Assembly (NCBI GenBank): GCA_051251855.1
Contig: JBPOGI010000001.1
Coordinates: 128,001 to 192,000, forward strand
Length of the DNA stretch: 64,000 bases
Direction: 5' to 3'
Source: Roseibacillus sp.
Lineage (GTDB): Bacteria > Verrucomicrobiota > Verrucomicrobiia > Verrucomicrobiales > Akkermansiaceae
Made by a program: the position numbers and the translations under genes. Positions 37,276-45,438 of the stretch are shown piece by piece. The number at the start of each line of letters is the position of its first letter. Within the stretch, counting starts at the first letter, position 1. The notes beneath the pieces were generated by a model. The model searched no databases. It was not told the origin of the DNA and was given only the letters and a program-made list of their open reading frames with translations.

Positions 37276-38406
37276 CTAGGGGCGAATCTCCCAGATTTCG
37301 CAGATCTGGTTGAGGGTTGCTTGCTCTTTGGAAAAGCGATTGGTCTCGCTGAGGAAGACGGCACGAACGTCTTGAGTTCCCTTTTTGTCTAGGTTGACTT
37401 GGGAGGCGACCGCGGTTGCGCGAGCGGAAGAGAGCTTACGATTGGCGTCTTGGTCGCCAATGGTAGAGGCGTAGCCAACAACGAGGAGGAAAGCTCCGGG
37501 ATGGGTCTCGGCAAGGTCGTTCTTAATGATACTGATTTTCTCGCTGGTGAGCTGGGCTGAGCCGGTTGCGAAGTTGATGGAGCGAAGTGGCGTAGCGCTG
37601 AGTTGTTGCTCGATCTTCTTATATTGGTCAGCGAGTTGAGCTGGCTCGTAGTCTTCGAGGCGTTGGAGCTCTCTGAACAGTCGCTTGGCGATGTCTGGCA
37701 GAGCGTTGGCGTCTTCTACGAAGAGCTTGGAGCGGTCGAGGAGGGCTTGCAGGCGGCGGACTTCCTCGCGGAGTTCGCGGTTTTCTTTGTCAAGGTCTCC
37801 CAAAGCTAGAAGGCGTGAGCGGAGCTCGTCATTCTGGCGACGGAGTTCTTCTACGGTTGCGGCGTCAGGGCGTTTACGAAGCTCTTCGATTTGGCGCTGG
37901 GCGTTTGCGTAGAGAGTGCGAAGGGATTCGAGCTCTTGGCGCATGGTGACTGCTTCAGCGGCGCTGGAAGAGAGGTCGTTCATTTGCCGCTGAAGGTCTT
38001 GAATACGGCGATTGAGAAGGGACTCGGTGTCGCGGGCGGTCTGAAGAAGAGCGTCCTTTTGTTGGATGGTGGAGCTGAAGTCGCCAATCAATCCTGCTAG
38101 GGTGTTGGCTTCGGTAGAGATTTCTTCGGCGAGCTTCATAGGGTCAACACCGTAGTTGTTCGCTCCAGCTCCAAGGTTTTGTTGGACGAAAGTCGCGTTT
38201 TCATTGCGCTTTAGTTCGGCAATTCGGTCCTTGAGGTCATCCACTTCGTTGCTAGGAGAGCTGTTATTTCTTTGATTGCTCACAACCAAGAAGAGAAGCA
38301 ACAGAATGGCCGCTCCCATAACGAGACCGATGATCAGGTTTTGATTAGAAGCGGGGGTGATATTGGCACCTGAATTTTGCGGAGTTTGATTAGAATCGTC
38401 GGACAT
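37276..38406 (-). CDS. OmpA/MotB-like peptidoglycan-binding protein with TM anchor and long coiled coil
   Basis: C-terminal 'INFATGSAQL', 'VVGYAS..GD...NRKLSSARA.AV'. Confidence 0.8.
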   Translation of the reverse strand: MSDDSNQTPQNSGANITPASNQNLIIGLVMGAAILLLLFLVVSNQRNNSSPSNEVDDLKDRIAELKRNENATFVQQNLGAGANNYGVDPMKLAEEISTEANTLAGLIGDFSSTIQQKDALLQTARDTESLLNRRIQDLQRQMNDLSSSAAEAVTMRQELESLRTLYANAQRQIEELRKRPDAATVEELRRQNDELRSRLLALGDLDKENRELREEVRRLQALLDRSKLFVEDANALPDIAKRLFRELQRLEDYEPAQLADQYKKIEQQLSATPLRSINFATGSAQLTSEKISIIKNDLAETHPGAFLLVVGYASTIGDQDANRKLSSARATAVASQVNLDKKGTQDVRAVFLSETNRFSKEQATLNQICEIWEIRP

Positions 38407-38555
38407 CTTTGATGGGAAACGGGTGTTGCGTGGCAAGGGGGATTAGCAGAACACGGAGCCCCCTGCAAGAAAGACTCCCGAAACGAGGAAACGTTCAAAG
38501 ATCGCGATTATCGAGGCTTCCGGTGCTTGTAGGAGTGAAAGCAGTCCCTGATTTG

Positions 38556-38978
38556 CTAAAAGAGCATCGCGATGACCTCTTCGTCCGAGAAGAGGCTGGG
38601 GGTGTCGGCTGCTGCGAGAAGGAGCTCGGACTCGAGCGAATTCTCCAACGAAGTAGCAACGGCAATGGGGAGGACTTCGGCTCCATCCGACTGGGTGAGG
38701 GTGTCTCCGGGCTCATTGAAGGGGTTCCAAATAAGAGCAGCGGTGAGTGCGAGGGCGCCTGGCACCAGAACTCGAGGACTGAAGAGTTTTTTCCAAAACG
38801 AGAAAAGAGGAGAGGAATCGCTTTCTTGGAGACGAATTTCTCGCAAAATATTTCGACTCAAGAGAGGGCCTGCTTTGTCGGTTTGGCTCTGGCCCAAAAG
38901 TTCCCAAAGTTCCTTGTCCTGAGCGAGTTCAAACTCTTCAGGGGTGTGGTTTTTCTGGGGATCGTTCGGTGTGGTCAT
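38556..38978 (-). CDS. Single-TM hypothetical protein, anti-sigma-like
   Basis: 'LWELLGQ......PLLSRNILREIR', TM segment, acidic C-terminus. Confidence 0.55.
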   Translation of the reverse strand: MTTPNDPQKNHTPEEFELAQDKELWELLGQSQTDKAGPLLSRNILREIRLQESDSSPLFSFWKKLFSPRVLVPGALALTAALIWNPFNEPGDTLTQSDGAEVLPIAVATSLENSLESELLLAAADTPSLFSDEEVIAMLF

Positions 38979-38994
38979 TGTTGTTGGTGATAGA

Positions 38995-39019
38995 AACACG
39001 TATGTTGACTCAAAGTTGC
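38995..39019 (-). promoter_or_regulatory. Putative ECF sigma promoter
   Basis: Minus strand GCAAC-N16-TGTT, ending 16 nt upstream of the ATG at 38978. Confidence 0.4.
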
Positions 39020-39216
39020 GGGAATTTTCCTCTTTTTGGGTCTTTTTGAGGGAACTTTGATGAGAAAGGCACCTTTGTCTCGATTTTTCTACGCTGAAGG
39101 TGTCGAAATCTTGGTCTCATTGGTTTGGTCAAGGAAGTGAGAGTTTTGAATCTAGACCCTTGGATTCGTCATTTTTTTGGATTGGGATTTGGTTCACTTG
39201 CGCTTGGATAGCGGAA

Positions 39217-40698
39217 GTGAATTTCAAGTTGCTGGCGAGAGTGCTCGGGTTGTTGTTGATGATGGAAAGTTTAGCACTTCTCGCGTGCGCGCTTTTTGCG
39301 GTCTTTGATAGTGGGACGAAGCATTCCTCTTCGTTCGCTTTGGGAACGGCAACGGCGACAGCTCTTTTGGTGGGACTAATTTTGGTGTTCATAGGGCGCG
39401 GCAAATTCGATCGTATTCCACGCCGTGAGGGAGTGATTATCGTGGGGGTGGGGTGGATGACCTCTGGGCTGATTGGGTCGATTCCATTTATGTTGGCCGA
39501 GCCGGGGTTGAATCCATCGGCGGCCTTTTTTGAGTCGGTTTCTGGATTTACCACGACGGGTTCGACGGTGATTATGGACCTTGAGGCGTGGCCGAGGGGG
39601 ATCCTTCTCTGGCGAGCGGTATCGCAGTGGTTGGGTGGATTGGGTATCCTGGTTTTGTTCGTAGCTTTACTGTCCAGTTTGGGTGCGGGGACAAAGTCTC
39701 TCTTTCGCAACGAATCCTCTTTTGAAGCTGCGGAGGTCTCCAATGCCAAGATTAAGGATACTGCGCTCTTGCTCTGGAAAATTTACGTGGTTCTGACGGT
39801 GCTATGTTTACTGGGATTACGAGGATTGGGGATGACTTGGTTCGATGCTATTGCGCATGCCTTGACCACGGTTTCGACGGGTGGTTTTTCGACGCACAAC
39901 CAGAGTATTGGCTACTTTTCTAACTGGGAGACGGGATTTGCGATCGAGATGTGGTTGGTGCTCTTCATGTTGGCAGGGAGTGTGAGCTTCTTGATTTACG
40001 TGGTGATTCTGAACAAGAACTGGAAGCGTTTACGCAGTGAAGAGGAGGCTAAGATTTATCTCATTCTCTTGGGGGTGGCGGTTGTTTTGGTTGTGGCTAT
40101 TAAATACATACTAGGCGGGACCGAACTGTTAGAGAGCATGAGAGGGGCCATTTTTACGGTCGTTTCGATCGCTTCTTCGACCGGATACGGTACGGTTGAT
40201 TTCGAGCTGTGGCCAGTGGGAGCGCACTTTATTGTGCTAGGGTTGATGTTGATGGGGGGATGTGCGGGCTCCACGGCTGGGGGAGCGAAGGTGAGTCGTT
40301 TGATGCTGTTGGTGCGTTCGGTTCGTCAAGAAATCGTGCAGGCCTTTCGTCCTCATCAAGTGCTTCGCCTGCAGGTGAATGGGAATCCGATTAACGATCA
40401 AAGTCGGAGCCAAACTGTGCTTTTCGTGGCTTTATTTTGGTTCATAGCCATTGTTTCGATGATGGTGGTAGCCATTCTGGAGACGGCTCATGGAGTGGAC
40501 TTTGAGACGACGGTTTCGGCGGTTCTTACGACCTTGTCGAACATTGGTCCGGGTTTTGGCGATGTGGGTCCTACCGATAACTTTGGGCATTTTCGCCAGC
40601 CGACCTTGGTCTATCTCGCTTTGCTGATGGTAATGGGGCGCTTGGAGATTTTCGCCTTTTTGGTGCTCTTTGTCCCTGCGGCTTGGCGCAAATTCTGA
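39217..40698 (+). CDS. trkH: Trk/Ktr potassium uptake permease
   Basis: 'FESVSGFTTTGS', 'QWLGGLG', 'STGGFS', 'GGCAGSTAGGAK', 'NIGPG', 'GRLEIF'. Confidence 0.93.
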   Translation: MNFKLLARVLGLLLMMESLALLACALFAVFDSGTKHSSSFALGTATATALLVGLILVFIGRGKFDRIPRREGVIIVGVGWMTSGLIGSIPFMLAEPGLNPSAAFFESVSGFTTTGSTVIMDLEAWPRGILLWRAVSQWLGGLGILVLFVALLSSLGAGTKSLFRNESSFEAAEVSNAKIKDTALLLWKIYVVLTVLCLLGLRGLGMTWFDAIAHALTTVSTGGFSTHNQSIGYFSNWETGFAIEMWLVLFMLAGSVSFLIYVVILNKNWKRLRSEEEAKIYLILLGVAVVLVVAIKYILGGTELLESMRGAIFTVVSIASSTGYGTVDFELWPVGAHFIVLGLMLMGGCAGSTAGGAKVSRLMLLVRSVRQEIVQAFRPHQVLRLQVNGNPINDQSRSQTVLFVALFWFIAIVSMMVVAILETAHGVDFETTVSAVLTTLSNIGPGFGDVGPTDNFGHFRQPTLVYLALLMVMGRLEIFAFLVLFVPAAWRKF

Positions 40699-40785
40699 GT
40701 CATTGAACTCCATTGGAGGGATGTAGGTGACTCTTAAAAGAGAGAAATTTGCTAGAATTGCGGTCTGTTGAACGAATAAAGGAGA

Positions 40786-42087
40786 ATGAAGAGACAAGGA
40801 TGGCTTTTTTTGGGCAGCGGTGCCTTGCTTTTTTTTGGAGGGCTTTCGGTTGGTCGTCTCTCGCCGAGTGCGATTGATTCTGGGTCGGGAGCCGATGTTC
40901 AGTCGACGCGTTCTTCTGCGAGCGGTTCGGGGGTGGGCACTATGGCAGGAGGGGGAGACTCTTCGCTTGAGAAGGTGGCCACACGCAGTCAGGGGCGTGA
41001 CTATTCTTTGGTTGAGATTCTCGAGGAAGGAGACCGGGGGAGTCGCTTTGAAAAATTGATGGCGAAGCTGGAGCGAACGGACAGCGAGGAGTTTGGGACG
41101 TTGCTGAAGGATATATCGAAGCGTGGTTTCAACGGGGTGATGAGGGAAGAGCGGTTGTTGATCATCGCAGCGTGGGCCAAGCGAGATCCGATTGCGGCGG
41201 TGGAGTATTTGGCAAAGAACGATCGAGATGATGCCATGCAGTTCGAGGCGATGGCGACGTGGGCTTCTGACGATCCTGATGCCGCGGAGGCTTGGGCGCG
41301 CGCGAATCATGAGGGCAATGGCGCGAACGATTGGTTGGTAGGGGTGATTAAGGGATTGGCGGGGACCGATCCGATGCGGGCGGGGGCTTTGATTGCGGAG
41401 GTGGCGAAAGACCCTCGGAATCGTGAGCGACGTCAAGCGCTGGACTCGGTTTTGCCCTATGTCATGGAACAGGGGGGCGACTTTGCAAAGAGTTGGGTTG
41501 AGGGGTTGGGAGATGGAAGTTTGCAGAGTGATGGGGCGATGTGGATGGCTCGTCGAATGGCGAACGAGGACCCGCAGGCAGCCGCGAGTTGGATTGCAAG
41601 TCTGGGCACGAAAGAAGCGCGGCGGGAGGCGAGTGAGCAAGTTGCGGAACGATTTGCGAGAAAGGATATGGCGGGGGCGCAAAGCTGGGTGCGCTCGTTG
41701 CCGGAAGATACGCGGACCGAAGCGGCGGAAGGTGTGGTGTCGGTGATGGCTCAGGGTGACCCACGCGCAGCAGTGGCTTGGCTCGAGAATTTGGGGGATA
41801 ATCCTGACTATGATGGAGCTTGGGTGGACTTGGTGGAGCGTGGATTTAAGGCCGAGCCCGGAGTGGCTTTGGTAGGCGCATTGCGACTGTCTGACGAAGG
41901 TTGGCGTGAACGCTATACGGGGAATTATCTTTCTCGTTGGATGAAGGAAGACAAGGCGGCGGCGACTGAGTGGGTGACAGAGTATACAGAATATCTTCCT
42001 CCGAAGGTGGCGCGGCGTTATGTGCCGAAACCTCCCAAGGTGAAAAAAGTCCAGGGGAAGAAGGTGTCTTTCATGGACCTTCGGTGA
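40786..42087 (+). CDS. Exported helical-repeat protein (DPxAAxxW repeats)
   Basis: N-terminal signal/TM; recurring 'DPIAAVEY', 'DPDAAEAW', 'DPQAAASW', 'DPRAAVAW', 'DKAAATEW'. Confidence 0.7.
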   Translation: MKRQGWLFLGSGALLFFGGLSVGRLSPSAIDSGSGADVQSTRSSASGSGVGTMAGGGDSSLEKVATRSQGRDYSLVEILEEGDRGSRFEKLMAKLERTDSEEFGTLLKDISKRGFNGVMREERLLIIAAWAKRDPIAAVEYLAKNDRDDAMQFEAMATWASDDPDAAEAWARANHEGNGANDWLVGVIKGLAGTDPMRAGALIAEVAKDPRNRERRQALDSVLPYVMEQGGDFAKSWVEGLGDGSLQSDGAMWMARRMANEDPQAAASWIASLGTKEARREASEQVAERFARKDMAGAQSWVRSLPEDTRTEAAEGVVSVMAQGDPRAAVAWLENLGDNPDYDGAWVDLVERGFKAEPGVALVGALRLSDEGWRERYTGNYLSRWMKEDKAAATEWVTEYTEYLPPKVARRYVPKPPKVKKVQGKKVSFMDLR

Positions 42088-42192
42088 TCGCCTGTTCATT
42101 CGCAAGACCAGTTGGTCTTGTTTCGATAGAGGATGATGAAGGGCGCGATTGGGGGTTGATACCCACTGAGGTGGGGGCAGACTTCTGGCGTT

Positions 42193-44193
42193 GTGCGGGC
42201 TGAGGATGAACTCGATTTTCTAAAGGAGAAGGAGCGTGCGGGGCTTCTGAAGGTCGGTGTGCGAACGGCGGGTGAGCTTTTGCGGTTGTTTCCAAAGCGC
42301 TATGAAGACCGACGGCAGTTTGATGCTTTTCCTGCGCAAGCGGGGGGAGATGCGCTTTGCTTGCGAGGGATGGTGGTGGACTCGATGCAGAAGAGGTTTG
42401 GGGCGAAGAAAGGGTATTATGAAGTGGTGTTAGAAGCGCCGGGAGGAGGCGATGTTTTTGGGGGCGGGACGCTGTCTTGCCGTTGGTTCAATATGCCCTT
42501 TGTGAGCAGAATGGTGGCGGTGGGGCATGAGGTGATTGTCTACGGGCGGGTGAAGGATTCCGGAGGGAGGATGGTGATTGAGCATCCGGAGTTTGAAATT
42601 GTGGAAGGGGGCGAGTCTCTTCATGTGGATCGGGTGGTTCCGATCTATCGCGGTGTGAGTGGGTTGCCTCAGCGTAAGTTGCGGGAGTTGATGGCGAAGG
42701 TTCTGGCTGAGGTGGAGACCGAGAGTCTTTTGGCGAGCTACGATGTGGATAGTAGTTATCCGCGCTTGGAAGCGTTTCGGGAGATTCATTTTCCGGAGGC
42801 GATTGAGCAGACCGAAGCGGCGAGACGGCGATTTGCGTTGGAGGAGTTTTTCGAGATGCAGATTAAGGTGCTGTGGCGGCGGATGCGGCACGATGAGCAG
42901 AAGGGGCGTTCGCAGGGAAAGAAGACGGCGCTTTTGACGGAGTTTTATGAGTCTTTGCCTTTCGATCTTACTGAGGCGCAGAAGCGCAGTGTTCGGGAGG
43001 TGATTGCGGATATGAGAAGTGAGCGGGCGATGAACCGTCTGCTGCAGGGGGATGTAGGAAGCGGAAAAACGTTTGTGGCGCTGTGTGCGATGTTGATGGC
43101 GGTGGATGCCGGGAATCAGGCGGCGCTGATGGCTCCGACTCAGATTTTAGCAGAGCAGCACTGGTTGACCTTTTGCAAGTGGTTGGAGCCTTTGGGAGTA
43201 AAGGTAGGGCTTCTAACAGGAGCGCGGGATGAGGATGCGACGGGAGCGGATATCTTGATTGGAACTCATGCCCTGATTTATGATCGAGCGGAATTTGAGA
43301 GGTTGTCGTTGGTGGTGATTGATGAGCAGCACAAGTTCGGGGTGTTGCAGCGCGGGCGGTTGATTCAGCAAGGGATTGCGCCCGATGTGTTGGTGATGAC
43401 GGCGACTCCGATTCCACGCACTCTGACGCTGACGATTTATGGGGACTTGGATGTCTCAGTTCTTGATGAGCGGCCGGCGGGACGGGGGAAGATTGTCACC
43501 GGGGTTCGGGTGAAGCCGAAGGTGAGTGAGGTGACGAAGTTTTTAAAGGGAGAGTTGGAGAAGGGACGACAAATTTATTTGGTCTATGCTTTGGTGGAAG
43601 AGAGTGCTTCCGTGAAAGCGCAGGCCGCTACGGTGGAGTTTCCCAAGTGGCAGAAGAGATTGAAGGATTGGGAGGTGGAGCTTTTACATGGCAAGATGGC
43701 TCCGGAAGAAAAAGATGCGGTGATGGCGCGCTTTCGGGCGAACGAGACGCAGGTCCTGGTTGCGACGACGGTGATCGAGGTAGGGGTCGATGTGCCGAAT
43801 GCAAATGTGATGGTTATCTGGAACTCGGAGCGTTTTGGGCTCGCACAATTGCATCAGTTACGCGGCCGTATTGGGCGAGGAGAGCACAAGAGCTATTGCA
43901 TTCTGAGCAGCGATGGAAAGACGGGGCAAGAGAAGTTGGAGGTGATGGCGGGGACGGACGATGGCTTTAAGATTGCGGAAGCGGATTTGACTTTGCGAGG
44001 CCCGGGGGAGGTTCTGGGGACGATTCAGAGTGGTTTGGGGGAACTGGTATTTGCAGAGTTTCTTGCGGATGTCGACATGGTGCGGGAGGCTCGGAGGTTG
44101 GCAGATGATGTGTTGAAGAGGGACCCAATGCTGGAGGAGTATCCTTTGTTAAGGAAGGTGGCGGAGTCGGGGAATGCGTTGACGGTGGCGTGA
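42193..44193 (+). CDS. recG: ATP-dependent DNA helicase RecG
   Basis: 'RLLQGDVGSGKT', 'MAPTQILAEQH', 'IDEQHKFGV.QR', 'MTATPIPRTL', 'QLRGRIGRG', 'DL.LRGPGE'. Confidence 0.96.
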   Translation: MRAEDELDFLKEKERAGLLKVGVRTAGELLRLFPKRYEDRRQFDAFPAQAGGDALCLRGMVVDSMQKRFGAKKGYYEVVLEAPGGGDVFGGGTLSCRWFNMPFVSRMVAVGHEVIVYGRVKDSGGRMVIEHPEFEIVEGGESLHVDRVVPIYRGVSGLPQRKLRELMAKVLAEVETESLLASYDVDSSYPRLEAFREIHFPEAIEQTEAARRRFALEEFFEMQIKVLWRRMRHDEQKGRSQGKKTALLTEFYESLPFDLTEAQKRSVREVIADMRSERAMNRLLQGDVGSGKTFVALCAMLMAVDAGNQAALMAPTQILAEQHWLTFCKWLEPLGVKVGLLTGARDEDATGADILIGTHALIYDRAEFERLSLVVIDEQHKFGVLQRGRLIQQGIAPDVLVMTATPIPRTLTLTIYGDLDVSVLDERPAGRGKIVTGVRVKPKVSEVTKFLKGELEKGRQIYLVYALVEESASVKAQAATVEFPKWQKRLKDWEVELLHGKMAPEEKDAVMARFRANETQVLVATTVIEVGVDVPNANVMVIWNSERFGLAQLHQLRGRIGRGEHKSYCILSSDGKTGQEKLEVMAGTDDGFKIAEADLTLRGPGEVLGTIQSGLGELVFAEFLADVDMVREARRLADDVLKRDPMLEEYPLLRKVAESGNALTVA

Positions 44194-44223
44194 GCGGTGG
44201 TTGTTGAAGGTTTTGTTTTTCGA

Positions 44224-44258
44224 CGCAGAGCCGCAGAGGACGCGGAGTATTCGCAGAG
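44224..44258 (+). repeat. Short CGC(A/G)GAG tandem-like repeat (4 units)
   Basis: cgcagag-c-cgcagag-ga-cgcggag-tatt-cgcagag, with a partial inverted copy (tctgcgt) near 44272. Confidence 0.6.
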
Positions 44259-44356
44259 AGTCTTTTCGATTTCTGCGTTCTTAAGTGAGTGTTGCGCGGT
44301 TGGAATGGTCTGCTATTCTTTCAGCAGTGGAAATGGTCGAATATTAGGGTCTTCGG

Positions 44357-44533
44357 ATGACACGTGAGGCAGCGGAAATTGCTGAACGGGAGGGAATCGA
44401 TGTGTGGTTGATTAAGAGGCAATTGGAGAAGAGTCCGACTGAAAGACTTTTGGAAAACGAAAGCGCAAAGACACTGCTTACTAAGCTGCAAATTGCGGGA
44501 AAGGTTTTGAGGGGTGAACGCGAGTCTTGTTGA
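44357..44533 (+). CDS. 58-aa putative antitoxin-like partner of nucleotidyltransferase (below ORF-track cutoff)
   Basis: MTREAAEIAEREGIDVWLIKRQLEKSPTERLL...; the 'GID..L....L..SP.ERL' pattern resembles small genes that precede these nucleotidyltransferases; overlaps the next gene's start. Confidence 0.55.
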   Translation: MTREAAEIAEREGIDVWLIKRQLEKSPTERLLENESAKTLLTKLQIAGKVLRGERESC

Positions 44534-44990
44534 TTTGTTACGACGGATCTCTGATGCGGAGGTTGAGTGTATCCTCATTGGAGGAATGGCGGCAAATGTT
44601 CATGGAAGCACCTTGGCGACGTTCGATTGCGTTGTGGTCGTGGTGATGACTCCAGAAAATTTGACCAAAATTTGAGAGGCCCTTGAAGGAGTTTCCGCAA
44701 AATTCAGACACAAAGAACCTCCTGTTTGGTTTACGCGAGAAATGGCGAGTCGAACAGATTGGAAAAATATCTATCTTGAGACTGGGTTAGGTGTCTTAGA
44801 TTGTTTGGGAGAGGTGAAAGGGGTGGGTGACTACTACGATTGCTTGAAGGATAGTGTCGAAATCGAAGTTGATGGTTTTCCGGTTCGGGTGATGGGGCAC
44901 CAAAATTTGATTAGAGCCAAAGAGGCCATCGGCAGGCCTAAAGACCTGCAGGCGGTGGCGCAGTTGAAGATTGCGAACGGCTTGGAGTAG
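44514..44990 (+). pseudogene. Nucleotidyltransferase (DUF6036/AbiEii-like) pseudogene
   Basis: GTG 44514: 'LIGGMAANVHGS..ATFDCV' and C-terminal 'LIRAKEAIGRPKD'. In-frame TGA at 44673-44675; the second Asp of T.DxD is replaced by Val. Confidence 0.75.
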
Positions 44991-45040
44991 GAATTGGCGG
45001 GTGGGCCTCTCCTTGGACTGGTTTGCTATTTTGACTGCAG

Positions 45041-45415
45041 TTACTTTTCGAGAATCTCGACTTCGTAGCCGTCGGGGTCGGTGACGAAGGCCATTTTGCG
45101 CTCGCCACTGGAGAATTTTTCGCGCCAGCCTGAGGGCCAGATTTCGATGCCGTCTTTTTCGAGCTTGTCGCAGTATTCGATGATGTCGGAGACGCCGACG
45201 GCGGTGTGCATGAGGTCTTCGGGGAACTCGACTTTGTAGTCGGGGGAATAGGTGAGTTCGAGGAAGTGGTCGTTGCCGGGGAGGTTCATGAAGGCGAGTT
45301 GATTGCCTTGGGGGGAGGTCTTCTGTTCGCCGGTCTCGAAGCCGAGCTTGTTGTAGAAAGCGATGGAGGCGTCTGGGTTCGAGACGCGAATGCGGGTGTG
45401 TAAGAATTTGATCAT
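45041..45415 (-). CDS. VOC family / lactoylglutathione lyase-like protein
   Basis: 'LHTRIRV....ASIAFY..LG', 'LELTY', 'AFVTDPDGYEVE'. Confidence 0.88.
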   Translation of the reverse strand: MIKFLHTRIRVSNPDASIAFYNKLGFETGEQKTSPQGNQLAFMNLPGNDHFLELTYSPDYKVEFPEDLMHTAVGVSDIIEYCDKLEKDGIEIWPSGWREKFSSGERKMAFVTDPDGYEVEILEK

Positions 45416-45438
45416 GGAATAGAGTTGTTAGTTGATCG

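Noticed and set aside
39020..39216. Leader upstream of trkH as a c-di-AMP or other riboswitch
   Set aside because: No ydaO/yuaA consensus elements recognised; an Infernal/Rfam scan would be needed to exclude it fully.
40432..42105. 557-aa minus-strand ORF
   Set aside because: Antisense shadow of trkH and the repeat protein; R/H/P-rich with no motifs.
34402..44675. Two in-frame TGA codons as evidence of selenocysteine or TGA reassignment
   Set aside because: Many genuine genes here end in TGA (recG, accA, gmhB, trkH). Neither site aligns to a Cys, no SECIS-like hairpin was recognised, and the nucleotidyltransferase has a second inactivating change.
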